Positions 25,639-35,647 of a stretch of DNA of 64,000 bases are shown piece by piece. Each line of letters opens with the position of its first letter. The stretch's first letter is position 1. The DNA is from an uncultured Gammaproteobacteria bacterium (GTDB lineage Bacteria; Patescibacteriota; Microgenomatia; Daviesbacterales; UBA10151): NCBI GenBank assembly GCA_964415615.1, contig CAYQAW010000006.1, positions 495-64,494 on the forward strand. The letters run 5' to 3'. The notes below the pieces were generated by a model, which had not been told where the DNA came from, made no database searches, and saw only the letters and a program-made list of their open reading frames with translations. Both the position numbers and the translations under genes were made by a program.

Positions 25639-26791
25639 TCTCAGTAAATTTAGAGGCCACGTTTTCCCAGCCTAGATTTTGGACTTTTTTGAAAACTTCT
25701 TCACTCATTTGTTTATGTTCTTCCCTGTTGGTTAACAAATTTTTGATCTTTTTGGCAAGCAATATTGGGTTGCCGGCAGAGGTAAGCAAAGGATGATGCT
25801 TTTTACCTAAAATATTAGAAATGCCTGTCACGTCTGTAATAATCACTGGTATCGCGCAAGCCATGGCTTCCAAGGCTGCCATGCCAAATGATTCATACTG
25901 TGAAGGCATCACTACTACTTCTGATGAGGAATAATAATATGGCAGTTCTGCCCTATTTTTTTGACCAACAAATTTAACATAAGCATGTATTCCTAAAAGC
26001 AGTTTCAGTTCATTCAAGCGGATTACTTCCTCAGACCATGTGCCACCTACAATCCAGAGACAAAATTGTAGTTTGGGGCTTCTCTGCACCAAAATTTTGA
26101 TGGCAATAAGCAGCACATCCAGCCCTTTTAATGGCTCAATTCTACCTACAAAAAGAATAATTTGATGATCTGGATTTGCCTTAATCATTTTTTTAGCATC
26201 TAGTTTATTTATTGGTCTGAAAAGTTTGAGATTGACTCCTGGGGAGAGTAAAAATATCCTTTTTAAAGGAACACCATAGAGAGTATGAATATATTCAAGA
26301 TCACCTTCCCCTGTGGCAATAATTTTGTCCGCTTTTCCAGAGAGCATCAATTCTGTTTTAATTCTTGTTAAGTCTGCTTTTTCATTATCGGTTCTTGCTA
26401 CCAGATTTTTCATTAAAGCTAAAGTATGGAAAGTAATAAACAAAGGAATGTGGTATTTCTTCTTAAGCTCTAAGCCTACCAGTCCTGATAAATAATAATG
26501 GGCGCTTAATAAATCATATGTTAATTTTTCCTGCTGGATAAAATTTTGCAGTTTCTTGGTAAATTCCTGTATATCCTTTGCTGGTAAATGCACAACTTTC
26601 AGGTTGGGCTGAACTTGGACAATCTGGTAATTATTTTTCTCTTCAGCTTTGGTATAAATATCAATAATATAGCCTTTTTCTGCTAAAGCTTTTGACAGTT
26701 CTAAAACATAGGTATTCATCCCCCCTATTTCCGCATCTTTTTCATCAGATAAAGGACAGGTATGGTATGAAATAACAGCAATTTTTTTCAT
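25631..26791 (-). CDS. Glycosyltransferase family 4 (GT-B, retaining)
   Basis: N-terminal GGMNTYVLEL, C-terminal ESFGMAALEAMACAIPVI. Confidence 0.8.
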   Translation of the reverse strand: MKKIAVISYHTCPLSDEKDAEIGGMNTYVLELSKALAEKGYIIDIYTKAEEKNNYQIVQVQPNLKVVHLPAKDIQEFTKKLQNFIQQEKLTYDLLSAHYYLSGLVGLELKKKYHIPLFITFHTLALMKNLVARTDNEKADLTRIKTELMLSGKADKIIATGEGDLEYIHTLYGVPLKRIFLLSPGVNLKLFRPINKLDAKKMIKANPDHQIILFVGRIEPLKGLDVLLIAIKILVQRSPKLQFCLWIVGGTWSEEVIRLNELKLLLGIHAYVKFVGQKNRAELPYYYSSSEVVVMPSQYESFGMAALEAMACAIPVIITDVTGISNILGKKHHPLLTSAGNPILLAKKIKNLLTNREEHKQMSEEVFKKVQNLGWENVASKFTEII

Positions 26792-28398
26792 CTGGAAACT
26801 ACCATCAAATCAATTTCATTATCAAAACCTCTGATGATGTCATAATTTTCTAAATATGGTTTTTCCTTTTCCGGGCCTATATATAAAACCTTCCCGGGTA
26901 AATCCCTGATAAATTTCATTATTCTTGTACTGGGTAGTGAGCCAATATAGATATTACCGTATTGAAAAAAGGAATACTCGTCAATATGGGCAGGAGACTG
27001 GTTTTGTTTGATAACCAGATTTGGATCTAATTTTCCATAAACCGGATAGGCAAATTCCATATTATCAATGTTATTGGAAAGTATTATATAGTCAAATTTT
27101 TCTTTGTTTTCTAAAGCCAGCATGGAAGCTGACTGGGCAGGATATGACCAAAAACGGGCCTGTTTTTTTGGGGCTACAAAATAAAACCGGTCAATAAATA
27201 AAACAAATTGGAATAGGAAAATGATGACTAAAACAGTCAAAACTGCAGTATTTTTTATGTATTTAAAACCTAAGCCTGCAAGTATCAGCAAAGGAGGAAG
27301 AAGCAAAGAGCTGCGGAGGGCATGAGGCTCCCCTACTAAGCTGGTGGGAATGGGGGCAAGTAAAATCCACCCTCCCAGCAAAACCAAAAACCTTTTTTTG
27401 AATTTATATAAATAAATAACTCCTATAATTAACAAGATTGCATCAATCCAAAAGAGTTCTCCTGTCTCTGCCGGATTATGCCTGACATAGCCATCTCCAT
27501 GTAGAAATAAAAAATCCGGAAAGAAATTTCCAAAGTAATTCTCAGCCAAAACTGCAGCCATTTCCAGCTGTGGAGTGTGTAATTTATAAGAAAAGTTTGG
27601 GTGTAAGCTATCTAGCAAACGCTCACTTTTGACCTTCTGAGAAATAGATGATCTTAATGACAGGTCTTTGAAGATATTAATAATATCAAAACGGTCCTCT
27701 TTGCCTCTGCTAAGAGTGAGATAGACACTAAGTAAAGTGGAGGCAGTAATAATAATGAGGGAAAGTATAAATAATGGTTTTTTAATATGCTTTAAAACCT
27801 CTTTGTGTCCTACCCAGGCCAGCAGTAAAATGGTAAATAAGGGAATAGTTAATCTATATGTTGAATAGGTCTGGGAAGCAAACAGGAAGCTGAGTCCAAA
27901 CAGGACAAACCAGCAGCTATTTTTCAGCCCCTTTATAAAGGAATAAAACCCCAGTAGTGTTAAAAACAGAGCAAAATGGGATTCAAATGGGCCTCTGCTT
28001 AAACTTAATTCCCAGGGGTTTAGAGCAGCAACAGCAGCTATAGCCAGGCCTGCTTTTTCAGAAAAAAACTTCTGACCTATTAAAAACAGCAAAAATACTA
28101 TCCCTATGCCGGATAAAACAGATACCATTGCAGATGCTAGAGCTGTCGGGCCAAGGAGAGCTGCAAAGGGAACTGTGGCATAAATATATCCTCCTGGCCT
28201 GCCTCCACCCAGAGAGAAAACTAAAGGTAAAAATTCCCCTTTTTGATCATATCCTCCGGTTTTATAAATAGAATAAGCATCATAAACTCCTGTTAAGGAG
28301 TCTCCATACATAGCTTTGGGATTTGTATCAATTTGGTAAAAACGCAGAAATGCTGCAACCAGAATTATCAGAAGTAGGAATAATGTAGGTTTCCTCAC
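26788..28398 (-). CDS. Polytopic membrane glycosyltransferase, GT39/GT83 (PMT/ArnT)-like
   Basis: ~12 TM, N-terminal loop with YDQKGEFLP; 4-nt overlap with the GT4 gene suggests a glycosylation operon. Confidence 0.5.
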   Translation of the reverse strand: MRKPTLFLLLIILVAAFLRFYQIDTNPKAMYGDSLTGVYDAYSIYKTGGYDQKGEFLPLVFSLGGGRPGGYIYATVPFAALLGPTALASAMVSVLSGIGIVFLLFLIGQKFFSEKAGLAIAAVAALNPWELSLSRGPFESHFALFLTLLGFYSFIKGLKNSCWFVLFGLSFLFASQTYSTYRLTIPLFTILLLAWVGHKEVLKHIKKPLFILSLIIITASTLLSVYLTLSRGKEDRFDIINIFKDLSLRSSISQKVKSERLLDSLHPNFSYKLHTPQLEMAAVLAENYFGNFFPDFLFLHGDGYVRHNPAETGELFWIDAILLIIGVIYLYKFKKRFLVLLGGWILLAPIPTSLVGEPHALRSSLLLPPLLILAGLGFKYIKNTAVLTVLVIIFLFQFVLFIDRFYFVAPKKQARFWSYPAQSASMLALENKEKFDYIILSNNIDNMEFAYPVYGKLDPNLVIKQNQSPAHIDEYSFFQYGNIYIGSLPSTRIMKFIRDLPGKVLYIGPEKEKPYLENYDIIRGFDNEIDLMVVSR

Positions 28399-28433
28399 AG
28401 AAGATAATATACTACGGGTGGTATAAATTATCT

Positions 28434-28928
28434 ATGGCAGAAATAGCAACATTGGCTGGAGGGTGTTTTTGGTGCACAGAGGCAATTTTTAAAAGATTAA
28501 AAGGGGTAATTTCAGTTACCTCTGGCTATGCAACAGGAGCAGAAGCTGTACAAATTGATTTTGATCCTAAAATTATTTCTTTTGAGCATCTCTTAGATAT
28601 TTTTTGGGCGGTACATGATCCTACTACCTTAAACAGACAAGGTCCTGATGTAGGAACTCAATACAGGTCAGTAATTTTTTATCATAATGAGGAGCAGAAG
28701 AAGGTTGCTCTAAAATCAAAGGAAAATATGGAAAAATCAGGAGTCTTAGACAGTAAAATGGTAACAGAAATTGTTCCGTTTAAAAACTTTTATACAGCAG
28801 AGGGATATCATCAAAATTATTATGAAAGAAATAAGGACCTAAATCCCTATTGTTCTCTGGTAATAGATCCTAAAATAGAAAAACTTCTGACTAAATTTAA
28901 TGCAGATATTAAGCAAAAATACCTATGA
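28434..28928 (+). CDS. msrA: Peptide methionine-S-sulfoxide reductase
   Basis: GCFWC active site, GTQYRS motif. Confidence 0.9.
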   Translation: MAEIATLAGGCFWCTEAIFKRLKGVISVTSGYATGAEAVQIDFDPKIISFEHLLDIFWAVHDPTTLNRQGPDVGTQYRSVIFYHNEEQKKVALKSKENMEKSGVLDSKMVTEIVPFKNFYTAEGYHQNYYERNKDLNPYCSLVIDPKIEKLLTKFNADIKQKYL

Positions 28929-29317
28929 ATAATTTACGTTCCCACTTGACGAGTGGGAAGCTAACTCCTGAGCAGTATAATATATGTTTTTTGAAAGGGA
29001 CTGAACCTCCTTTTTCTGGGAAGTATACTAAACATTTTGAGCCAGGGATATATGTTTGTGTGGTTTGTGGGACCAAGCTTTTTTCATCAGATTCTAAATT
29101 TGATTCAAAAACAGGCTGGCCGTCTTTTGATAGACCAGTGATCAACAAAAATATTACTTTTGAGGATGATTATTCTATGGGGGTTAAAAGAATAGAGGTT
29201 ATGTGCAAAAAATGTGGTTCACATCTGGGTCATGTTTTTGATGATGGCCCAACAATAACTGGAAAAAGGTTTTGTATTAACTCCCTAGCCTTAAATTTTC
29301 TTCCTAATAAAAGATAA
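28925..29317 (+). CDS. msrB: Peptide methionine-R-sulfoxide reductase
   Basis: CVVCG...[16 protein letters not shown] (SelR); ATGA overlap with msrA. Confidence 0.9.
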   Translation: MNNLRSHLTSGKLTPEQYNICFLKGTEPPFSGKYTKHFEPGIYVCVVCGTKLFSSDSKFDSKTGWPSFDRPVINKNITFEDDYSMGVKRIEVMCKKCGSHLGHVFDDGPTITGKRFCINSLALNFLPNKR

Positions 29318-29321
29318 GTGA

Positions 29322-30710
29322 TTAATGATAGTATAAATCTCTTAACTTAAGATAGAGTGCAGGAACAAACATTCCTTTTACATAAACATCCTGTGGGAAT
29401 TTAGATCTTTTCAAGTGTCTGAACGGGTCTAAAGCTTCTTCAACAACTTGCATAGTAAACTGATGCTGGGTATTATTAATATTTGCAACTGCTCTTTCGT
29501 CAATCTCTTTCACTAGATGATCTACACCCCGAACAGATTTAATCTGTCTGTAATTCGGTATTTGATCCCAAACTTTTTGAAGGTAGTGCATAAATCCTAA
29601 TGATCTTGCAACTGATGTAGCAGGGTTATAAGTATATGGAAATTTATACTCAGATGTGGGAATATGTTCACCATTAATTCTTTTATGACCAAAAGCACCT
29701 TTATCTTTAGAACTGAAAAGGGCTGAAACTGCAGCTATAGCAACATATGCTTGTATGCGCCAAAAAGCAGCTTCAACTTGCTCGGCAGCTAGAGGCAGTA
29801 GCTGAGCAGCAGTATTTCCTAAAGCTTCTGCGAAATGAGTTTGTTCATTTAACGTTCCAACTCCTTTGGTTAACCCTAGAATAACTGCCAACTTTGCCGG
29901 AAGTCTTAATTTCCAATCGTCTACTGTATCAAGTCTTGTTTCTTTACCGTCTATCATTATATTTCTAATTCCAGTAAAGGGTACATATTCAAGATACATT
30001 AACATGGACAAAGCAGATGCTCCTTTCTCTAAAAAGCCTCTAGCTTCTTTTAAAGATTGCCATCTGGTTAATAGCTCCTCAATTCCAGATTCATGGATTG
30101 TTGCTCCTGCTTCTGATAGACTATAATCAGCCTGCCATTCATTAAACTGAGATCTTGCTTCTCTATGAACACCCATAAAATGAGACATTTGTAGGTGATG
30201 TCTGGCATGTATAGATTCATGTCTCCACCAACTTCTTCTACCAGCATAATAAAAACCTCTTAAGATAGGTATAGCAAGTCCTTCTATGCCACCGTTCACT
30301 AGAGAGTATGCAAAAAGAGGATCTGACATACTCAGATCATTCATTCTCATTTTTTGGTCACTCATTTCATAGGTACCCATAACAAATGGCCACGGTTGGG
30401 TATGCCCTGCTTCTTCAATGACTCCTTTTAATTTCTCCATTACTGGTGGAGGAATTGATAAAATTTTTGCCTGATCAGAAATTTCTTGCGGGTTTATCTC
30501 GGTGGAACCTAATGCATATGGACGATTCTTTATCTGAGATAGGTAATATCCAGCATCCGCAGCTGTATAAATATCTGGAATATAACCCCCAATTCGAGCA
30601 AAAACTCTATTTCGTCCAGCCCCAAGCCTGTTGAATACAGGTCTGGTAGCCTCTATAGCTTCTTTTAACATATAATTGTGAATTATAGCACCATAACGGA
30701 GAGCCCTCAA
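29322..30710 (-). CDS. Hypothetical protein, His-rich, GC-richer than its neighbours
   Basis: 462-aa ORF, no family recognised; HESIHARHHLQMSHFMGVH segment. Confidence 0.5.
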   Translation of the reverse strand: MRALRYGAIIHNYMLKEAIEATRPVFNRLGAGRNRVFARIGGYIPDIYTAADAGYYLSQIKNRPYALGSTEINPQEISDQAKILSIPPPVMEKLKGVIEEAGHTQPWPFVMGTYEMSDQKMRMNDLSMSDPLFAYSLVNGGIEGLAIPILRGFYYAGRRSWWRHESIHARHHLQMSHFMGVHREARSQFNEWQADYSLSEAGATIHESGIEELLTRWQSLKEARGFLEKGASALSMLMYLEYVPFTGIRNIMIDGKETRLDTVDDWKLRLPAKLAVILGLTKGVGTLNEQTHFAEALGNTAAQLLPLAAEQVEAAFWRIQAYVAIAAVSALFSSKDKGAFGHKRINGEHIPTSEYKFPYTYNPATSVARSLGFMHYLQKVWDQIPNYRQIKSVRGVDHLVKEIDERAVANINNTQHQFTMQVVEEALDPFRHLKRSKFPQDVYVKGMFVPALYLKLRDLYYH

Positions 30711-30735
30711 CTCTATAGGTCATGCATATAAATAT

Positions 30736-30773
30736 CCTACCTCGGAGGTGGGAGTGAAGCTACACCTAGGGTT
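30736..30773 (-). repeat. Palindromic intergenic repeat, copy D (inverted orientation)
   Basis: Its reverse complement accctaggtgtagcttcactcccacctccgaggtagg matches copy A with 3 mismatches; abuts the stop of the 30766..31494 gene. Confidence 0.6.
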
Positions 30774-31494
30774 TGAGAACTGTTTGATAAATAATATATA
30801 AACCAAATAGTAAGCTTAATATGCCGGATAATGGAATGAGGTATCGGTTTAAATCTGCACTTTTTTTCTTGGCTACTGTTAAAGATGCCCCAATTCCTAG
30901 AGTAAACAACATCATTCCTGATATTACTCCAATATGAAAGATGAGCAAATAAAAAATGGCTAAGTTGGTATTTTTAATAGTGCTTAAAATGAGTAGTGCT
31001 ATAGCAGTGCTTCCTGCCAGTCCATGAACAAGTCCAATAATAAGAGGTCTTAAGGTTTGAAATAATCCTAGATGATGAAAGCTATCTTCTAGATCTGATG
31101 AAAGATGTAAGTGAAAGTGTGAGTGTTTGGAGCTGCCTTCTGAGTGAGGATGCTTATGTAAAGCAAGTGGGGTAAATTTTTCAGTTATTTTGGAAGTAAT
31201 GCCTGTAAGATTTAAGATTCCTAACATAACCAGCATCACACCTACAAAAAATTCCAAAATTAGTCCTAACTGTTCAGGGACTACAAAAGAATAAATAATA
31301 ATGGGAATTCCTACCAAAGTTACTGTCATAGAGTGCCCTATCCCCCACAAAATCCCAACTAAAGCACTGCTTGTAATCCCCTTTTTCTGACGGGAAATGA
31401 TAGTAGTTACTGCTACAATATGATCTGCATCAGTTGCATGTCTTATTCCCAATAAAAAACTTAGGCCTAATATAGTAATTAAATCTGTGTACAT
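30766..31494 (-). CDS. NicO/RcnA-family nickel/cobalt transporter
   Basis: LGIRHATDADHI signature, His-rich loop HKHPHSEGSSKHSHFHLH, 6 TM. Confidence 0.7.
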   Translation of the reverse strand: MYTDLITILGLSFLLGIRHATDADHIVAVTTIISRQKKGITSSALVGILWGIGHSMTVTLVGIPIIIYSFVVPEQLGLILEFFVGVMLVMLGILNLTGITSKITEKFTPLALHKHPHSEGSSKHSHFHLHLSSDLEDSFHHLGLFQTLRPLIIGLVHGLAGSTAIALLILSTIKNTNLAIFYLLIFHIGVISGMMLFTLGIGASLTVAKKKSADLNRYLIPLSGILSLLFGLYIIYQTVLKP

Positions 31495-31524
31495 AAATTG
31501 ACTAATTGATTATATAATGTAATT

Positions 31525-31983
31525 ATGGATGATCCCAAATTAGAGGAATTTCTAAAAACTGTTGATAAGTCAGAATTTACCAATACCCCGTACGTTAAAA
31601 GAGTGGAAAAGCCTTGGGGGTATGAATTGATTTTTACTCCAGAAGGACTTCCCTACACTGGTAAAATTATGCATCTTAAGGCAGGAACAAGACAAAGTCT
31701 TCAAATCCATGATCAAAAAGTTGAAACCTATTATTTAGGTTCTGGAAGAGGTGGAGTAATTATAGAAAATAGTCAAGGCGAAATGGAGCAAGTTGAATTT
31801 GAAAAAGGAAAAGGATATACCACCAAACTAGGACAAAAACATAGAATCTTTTCTATTACTGATTGTGATGTTTGGGAAGTTTCTACTCCTGAAATTGGCA
31901 ATACTTATAGATTAGAGGATGATTACTCAAGGCCAACTGAGACAGAAGAAATGAGAAAAGACCCAAACAGGGGTTGGAAGTGA
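31525..31983 (+). CDS. Cupin domain protein
   Basis: KPWGYE...Q.H...E cupin motifs. Confidence 0.6.
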   Translation: MDDPKLEEFLKTVDKSEFTNTPYVKRVEKPWGYELIFTPEGLPYTGKIMHLKAGTRQSLQIHDQKVETYYLGSGRGGVIIENSQGEMEQVEFEKGKGYTTKLGQKHRIFSITDCDVWEVSTPEIGNTYRLEDDYSRPTETEEMRKDPNRGWK

Positions 31984-31997
31984 TATAATCCCCCGAT

Positions 31998-33479
31998 ATG
32001 AGTTCTATAGAAGCTGATTCTAAGCTGCCTGTTTTAATTCAAGGAGGTATGGGAGTTGGTATATCACATTGGAGACTAGCCAGGGCTGTAGGTCTAGCTG
32101 GTAAAGCACATAATGTGGCTGTTTTAGGAGTAGTTTCTGGTACTGGGGTTGAGGCGACACTTGCCAGGAGATTGCAGGATGGTGATCCTGGAGGCCACAT
32201 GCAAAGAGCTCTTGCTCATCTTCCTTGTCCTAGGATCTCCGAAAGCATTTTGAATGAGTATTACGTTGATGTTAAAAAACCCCCTACAGCCCGTTATAGG
32301 TTAACTCCAAAACCAAGTGACCTTCTTAGTGGAAATCCGGAACTTGTAAGTAGGATAAATGAGCTTAGTGTAGCTGCTAATTTTGTGGAGGTGTGGCTTG
32401 CTAAAGAAGGACATGACAGGCCAATTGGTGTTAATCATTTGGAAAAGATTCAGTTGCTACATCTACCAAGATTATATGGAGCAATACTGGCAGGGGTGGA
32501 TTATGTGCTTGAAGGAGCTGGTATTCCCGACCAAGTACCTGGAGTGTTGGACCATTTTGCCAATGGAGAACCTGCTCAATATAAGATTGATGTTGCAGGG
32601 ATGAAGGTAAGACCTGAAGTTACTTTTGATCCTAAAGAGCTTAATAATGGGTTGCCTGCACCCGTGGTTGGAAGACCAAGGTTTTTGGCTATTATTGCCT
32701 CTAACCTTTTAGCGAAAATATTAGTTTCAGCTCGAGCCTCAGGGCGTGTGGATGGCTTTATTGTTGAAAGACCTACAGCCGGGGGGCATAACGCCCCACC
32801 GCGAGGTAGGCCTGAATTTAATGAGCGAGGAGAACCGGTTTATGGGCCAAAAGATGAAGTTAATCTTGATCAGCTTGCGGATTTACAAAGACCTTTCTGG
32901 TTGGCTGGTTCCTATGCAAGTCCTGCAGGACTTGCAGAAGCATTGGCCTCAGGTGCAACAGGTATCCAAGTCGGTACCATATTTGCTCTGAGTGAGGAAT
33001 CTGGGATGAGGGATGATTTGAAGCAAGAGGTGAAGAGACGGGCCAGGCAGAGAGAATTAGATAATTTAACATCTGCAGTTGCTTCACCTACGGGATTTCC
33101 TTTTAAAGTTGCCCAGATACCAGGGACACTGTCTGAAAAAGCAACATTCGACGCGCGGGTAAGGCGGTGTACTGCTGGACATCTGGTCAAGTCTTATCAA
33201 ACAGGAAAAGGCACTATTGGTTTCCGTTGCCCTGCTGAACCAGTAGATGTTTATGTACAAAAAGGTGGCCAGAAATCAGATACTGAAGGCAGCGTGTGTA
33301 TTTGTAATGGGTTGCTTTCTACTGCAGGCTATCCTCAAACTGATAAGTTAGGGACAGAACCACCTGTAGTTACTTTGGGAGATGATGTAAGCTTTATTAC
33401 TCAAATGCCCGAGCCATACACTGCTGAGGATGCAATGAGGTATTTACTGAGAGATCATATTACTGATGGCGCTGCTTAA
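31998..33479 (+). CDS. Nitronate monooxygenase / 2-nitropropane dioxygenase-like flavoprotein (GC-rich)
   Basis: LIQGGMGVGIS N-terminal motif of the NMO/FabK-like TIM-barrel family. Confidence 0.55.
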   Translation: MSSIEADSKLPVLIQGGMGVGISHWRLARAVGLAGKAHNVAVLGVVSGTGVEATLARRLQDGDPGGHMQRALAHLPCPRISESILNEYYVDVKKPPTARYRLTPKPSDLLSGNPELVSRINELSVAANFVEVWLAKEGHDRPIGVNHLEKIQLLHLPRLYGAILAGVDYVLEGAGIPDQVPGVLDHFANGEPAQYKIDVAGMKVRPEVTFDPKELNNGLPAPVVGRPRFLAIIASNLLAKILVSARASGRVDGFIVERPTAGGHNAPPRGRPEFNERGEPVYGPKDEVNLDQLADLQRPFWLAGSYASPAGLAEALASGATGIQVGTIFALSEESGMRDDLKQEVKRRARQRELDNLTSAVASPTGFPFKVAQIPGTLSEKATFDARVRRCTAGHLVKSYQTGKGTIGFRCPAEPVDVYVQKGGQKSDTEGSVCICNGLLSTAGYPQTDKLGTEPPVVTLGDDVSFITQMPEPYTAEDAMRYLLRDHITDGAA

Positions 33480-34691
33480 TCTTGGATTGTTAAAATATAA
33501 CAGTAATTTCTCTTGCCAGGATGGGTCTTTGATATTAATATCAGGATCTACACCCCTTCCTTCTATTGGTAAGTTATCATCCCTTAAAGTGATGGAATGA
33601 ACTAAAAATAAAGAATACTTTTCTTTTGGGGAAATTTGGTTATCCAATGGGAAAACTTTCTCAACTGTTCCCCAGCCTTTTGTAGGTACACCAACCACTA
33701 CTCCAATATGATATTTTTTTATAGAAGCAGCCATCATTTCTGCTGATGATTGTGTCTGATTATCTACTAAAACTACCATCTGTTTGTATTTAGTAATTGA
33801 TAAGAGTTTGTCTGTTGGTGTTTTAAAGGGTAAAAATTCCCCTTTGTGGTAAAAATCAAAAGCATACTGCCCTTTACCTAAGAAAAATCCTAAAAAGTAA
33901 GCTGTAGCATCTATAGCTCCTCCTACATTTCCCCTTAAATCCAGAATTAGGCTAGTTAAGGAATAATCATTTTTATAAGACTCAAAAGCTTTTTGAAATT
34001 CTTCTAAAGAGGTAGGGGAAAATTTTTTAAACTGGACATAGAGAATACCTGGTGCTGGAATTTTAGTAAATATGGTAGGTTCAACTTGTTTTTGGTCATA
34101 ATTTGCCTTAGTTTCTTTTTGAGTTAAAGTATCTTTGGCATAAGTAAGAGTTTTTAATTTTTCAGGACTTGCTTCTATAGCCAGCTTCTTGTAGGCTGCC
34201 TGCACTGCTGCCTCAGAGGCTCCTTTTGGTAGACCCAGATCTTTATATAGATCTTTTTCCGGATTGATATTTGATACAGTATTCTTGAGTTGCTGTTCCA
34301 GGGCTTGAGTGTACAAACCAGATCTGCCTGCAGGGCTCAAAGATGACAATACTGATGAAACAACAGCTGGTAAATTAAGGGTATTTTTGCTGATGGCAGA
34401 CAAGAGTTGATCTTTATTTTCAAATTTAGCAACTGCTAAATTTCCCCCATTTTTATCAATAGCTAGTTTAAAAAGATCCAGCAGTTCTGCATCAGAAATC
34501 TTATCCCAATAATTTTCCTTAATTGTGTCATAAACCTCTGAAACAAATGCCTTAGGAGTATTTTTTTCAATTTTAGTTTGAGTCTGGATTTTACTAACAT
34601 AATTTGTTCCAAAACCCACACCCAAAGAGAAAATTACTAAAATAAGGAGAATAGTCTTAAAGGATAATTTACGGGCATTCCTGAATCTCAC
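33444..34691 (-). CDS. S41 family C-terminal processing peptidase-like
   Basis: LILDLRGNVGG, VVLVDNQTQSSAEM (Ser), GVPTKGWG (Lys); N-terminal TM. Confidence 0.6.
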   Translation of the reverse strand: MRFRNARKLSFKTILLILVIFSLGVGFGTNYVSKIQTQTKIEKNTPKAFVSEVYDTIKENYWDKISDAELLDLFKLAIDKNGGNLAVAKFENKDQLLSAISKNTLNLPAVVSSVLSSLSPAGRSGLYTQALEQQLKNTVSNINPEKDLYKDLGLPKGASEAAVQAAYKKLAIEASPEKLKTLTYAKDTLTQKETKANYDQKQVEPTIFTKIPAPGILYVQFKKFSPTSLEEFQKAFESYKNDYSLTSLILDLRGNVGGAIDATAYFLGFFLGKGQYAFDFYHKGEFLPFKTPTDKLLSITKYKQMVVLVDNQTQSSAEMMAASIKKYHIGVVVGVPTKGWGTVEKVFPLDNQISPKEKYSLFLVHSITLRDDNLPIEGRGVDPDINIKDPSWQEKLLLYFNNPRLSSAISNMISQ

Positions 34692-34714
34692 TTCTTTAGT
34701 ATATAATAAATCCT

Positions 34715-35647
34715 ATGGATTTTATAAGTATAACTTTGGTAGTTGCTGGATTGGTGCTTTTTGAAACTATTTCTTCAATTGATAATGCAGTTATTAATGC
34801 TGAGGTTCTTTCTACAATGGGAAAGAAAGCAAGAAGATGGTTTTTGATTTGGGGGCTTTTTATTGCAGTTTTTTTACTTAGGGGTTTATTGCCCTGGGCA
34901 ATTGTTTGGGCTGTTAATCCCTCATTGGGACCAATAGGCGCGCTTACTGCTGCTTTGAGCAGTGATCCAGCTGTAGCAGAAGCTGTGGAAGGTTCTAAGC
35001 ATATTTTGCTCTCTGGTGGAGGAATATTTCTGGTATTCCTATTTTTTCACTGGTTATTTTTGGAACCTAAAAACTTTGGTTTAAAAGGTGAAAGATTTTT
35101 CCAAAGACAGGGTGTTTGGTTTTATGCAGTAGTTTCTATCATTTTAGCGCTTGTTGTTTGGTTTGCCATCAAGATAGATCCTTTAATGGCTTTTGGAGCA
35201 GTGGTTGGGTCTACTGCCTTTTTTATTACTCATGGATTTAAAGAAAATGCAGCACAAGTAGAAAGGCAACTGCTGGATAAAAAAGATTCATCTTTGACTG
35301 ATGCAAGCAAGATTTTATATTTGGAGGTTATTGATGCCACTTTTTCTATAGATGGAGTTGTTGGGGCGTTTGCTTTTACCCTATCTGTTCCTCTGATTTT
35401 GTTAGGAAATGGTATTGGAGCATTGGTTGTCAGACAGCTGACTATCTCAAATATAGATAGAATAAAAAGATATGTATTCCTGAAAAATGGCGCTATGTAT
35501 TCAATTGCTTGTTTGGGCGCTGTTATGCTTATAGATAGTTTTGGAGTGCATATTCCATCATGGGTTTCCCCTGTTGTAACAGCTATAGTAGTAGGTTATT
35601 TCTTCCTAAAATCAAGGCACCATTTGTTACCAGAAAAATTTGCTTGA
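34715..35647 (+). CDS. DUF475/TerC-like integral membrane protein
   Basis: Duplicated E..S.DN-type motifs (LFETISSIDNAV, LYLEVIDATFSIDGVV). Confidence 0.5.
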   Translation: MDFISITLVVAGLVLFETISSIDNAVINAEVLSTMGKKARRWFLIWGLFIAVFLLRGLLPWAIVWAVNPSLGPIGALTAALSSDPAVAEAVEGSKHILLSGGGIFLVFLFFHWLFLEPKNFGLKGERFFQRQGVWFYAVVSIILALVVWFAIKIDPLMAFGAVVGSTAFFITHGFKENAAQVERQLLDKKDSSLTDASKILYLEVIDATFSIDGVVGAFAFTLSVPLILLGNGIGALVVRQLTISNIDRIKRYVFLKNGAMYSIACLGAVMLIDSFGVHIPSWVSPVVTAIVVGYFFLKSRHHLLPEKFA

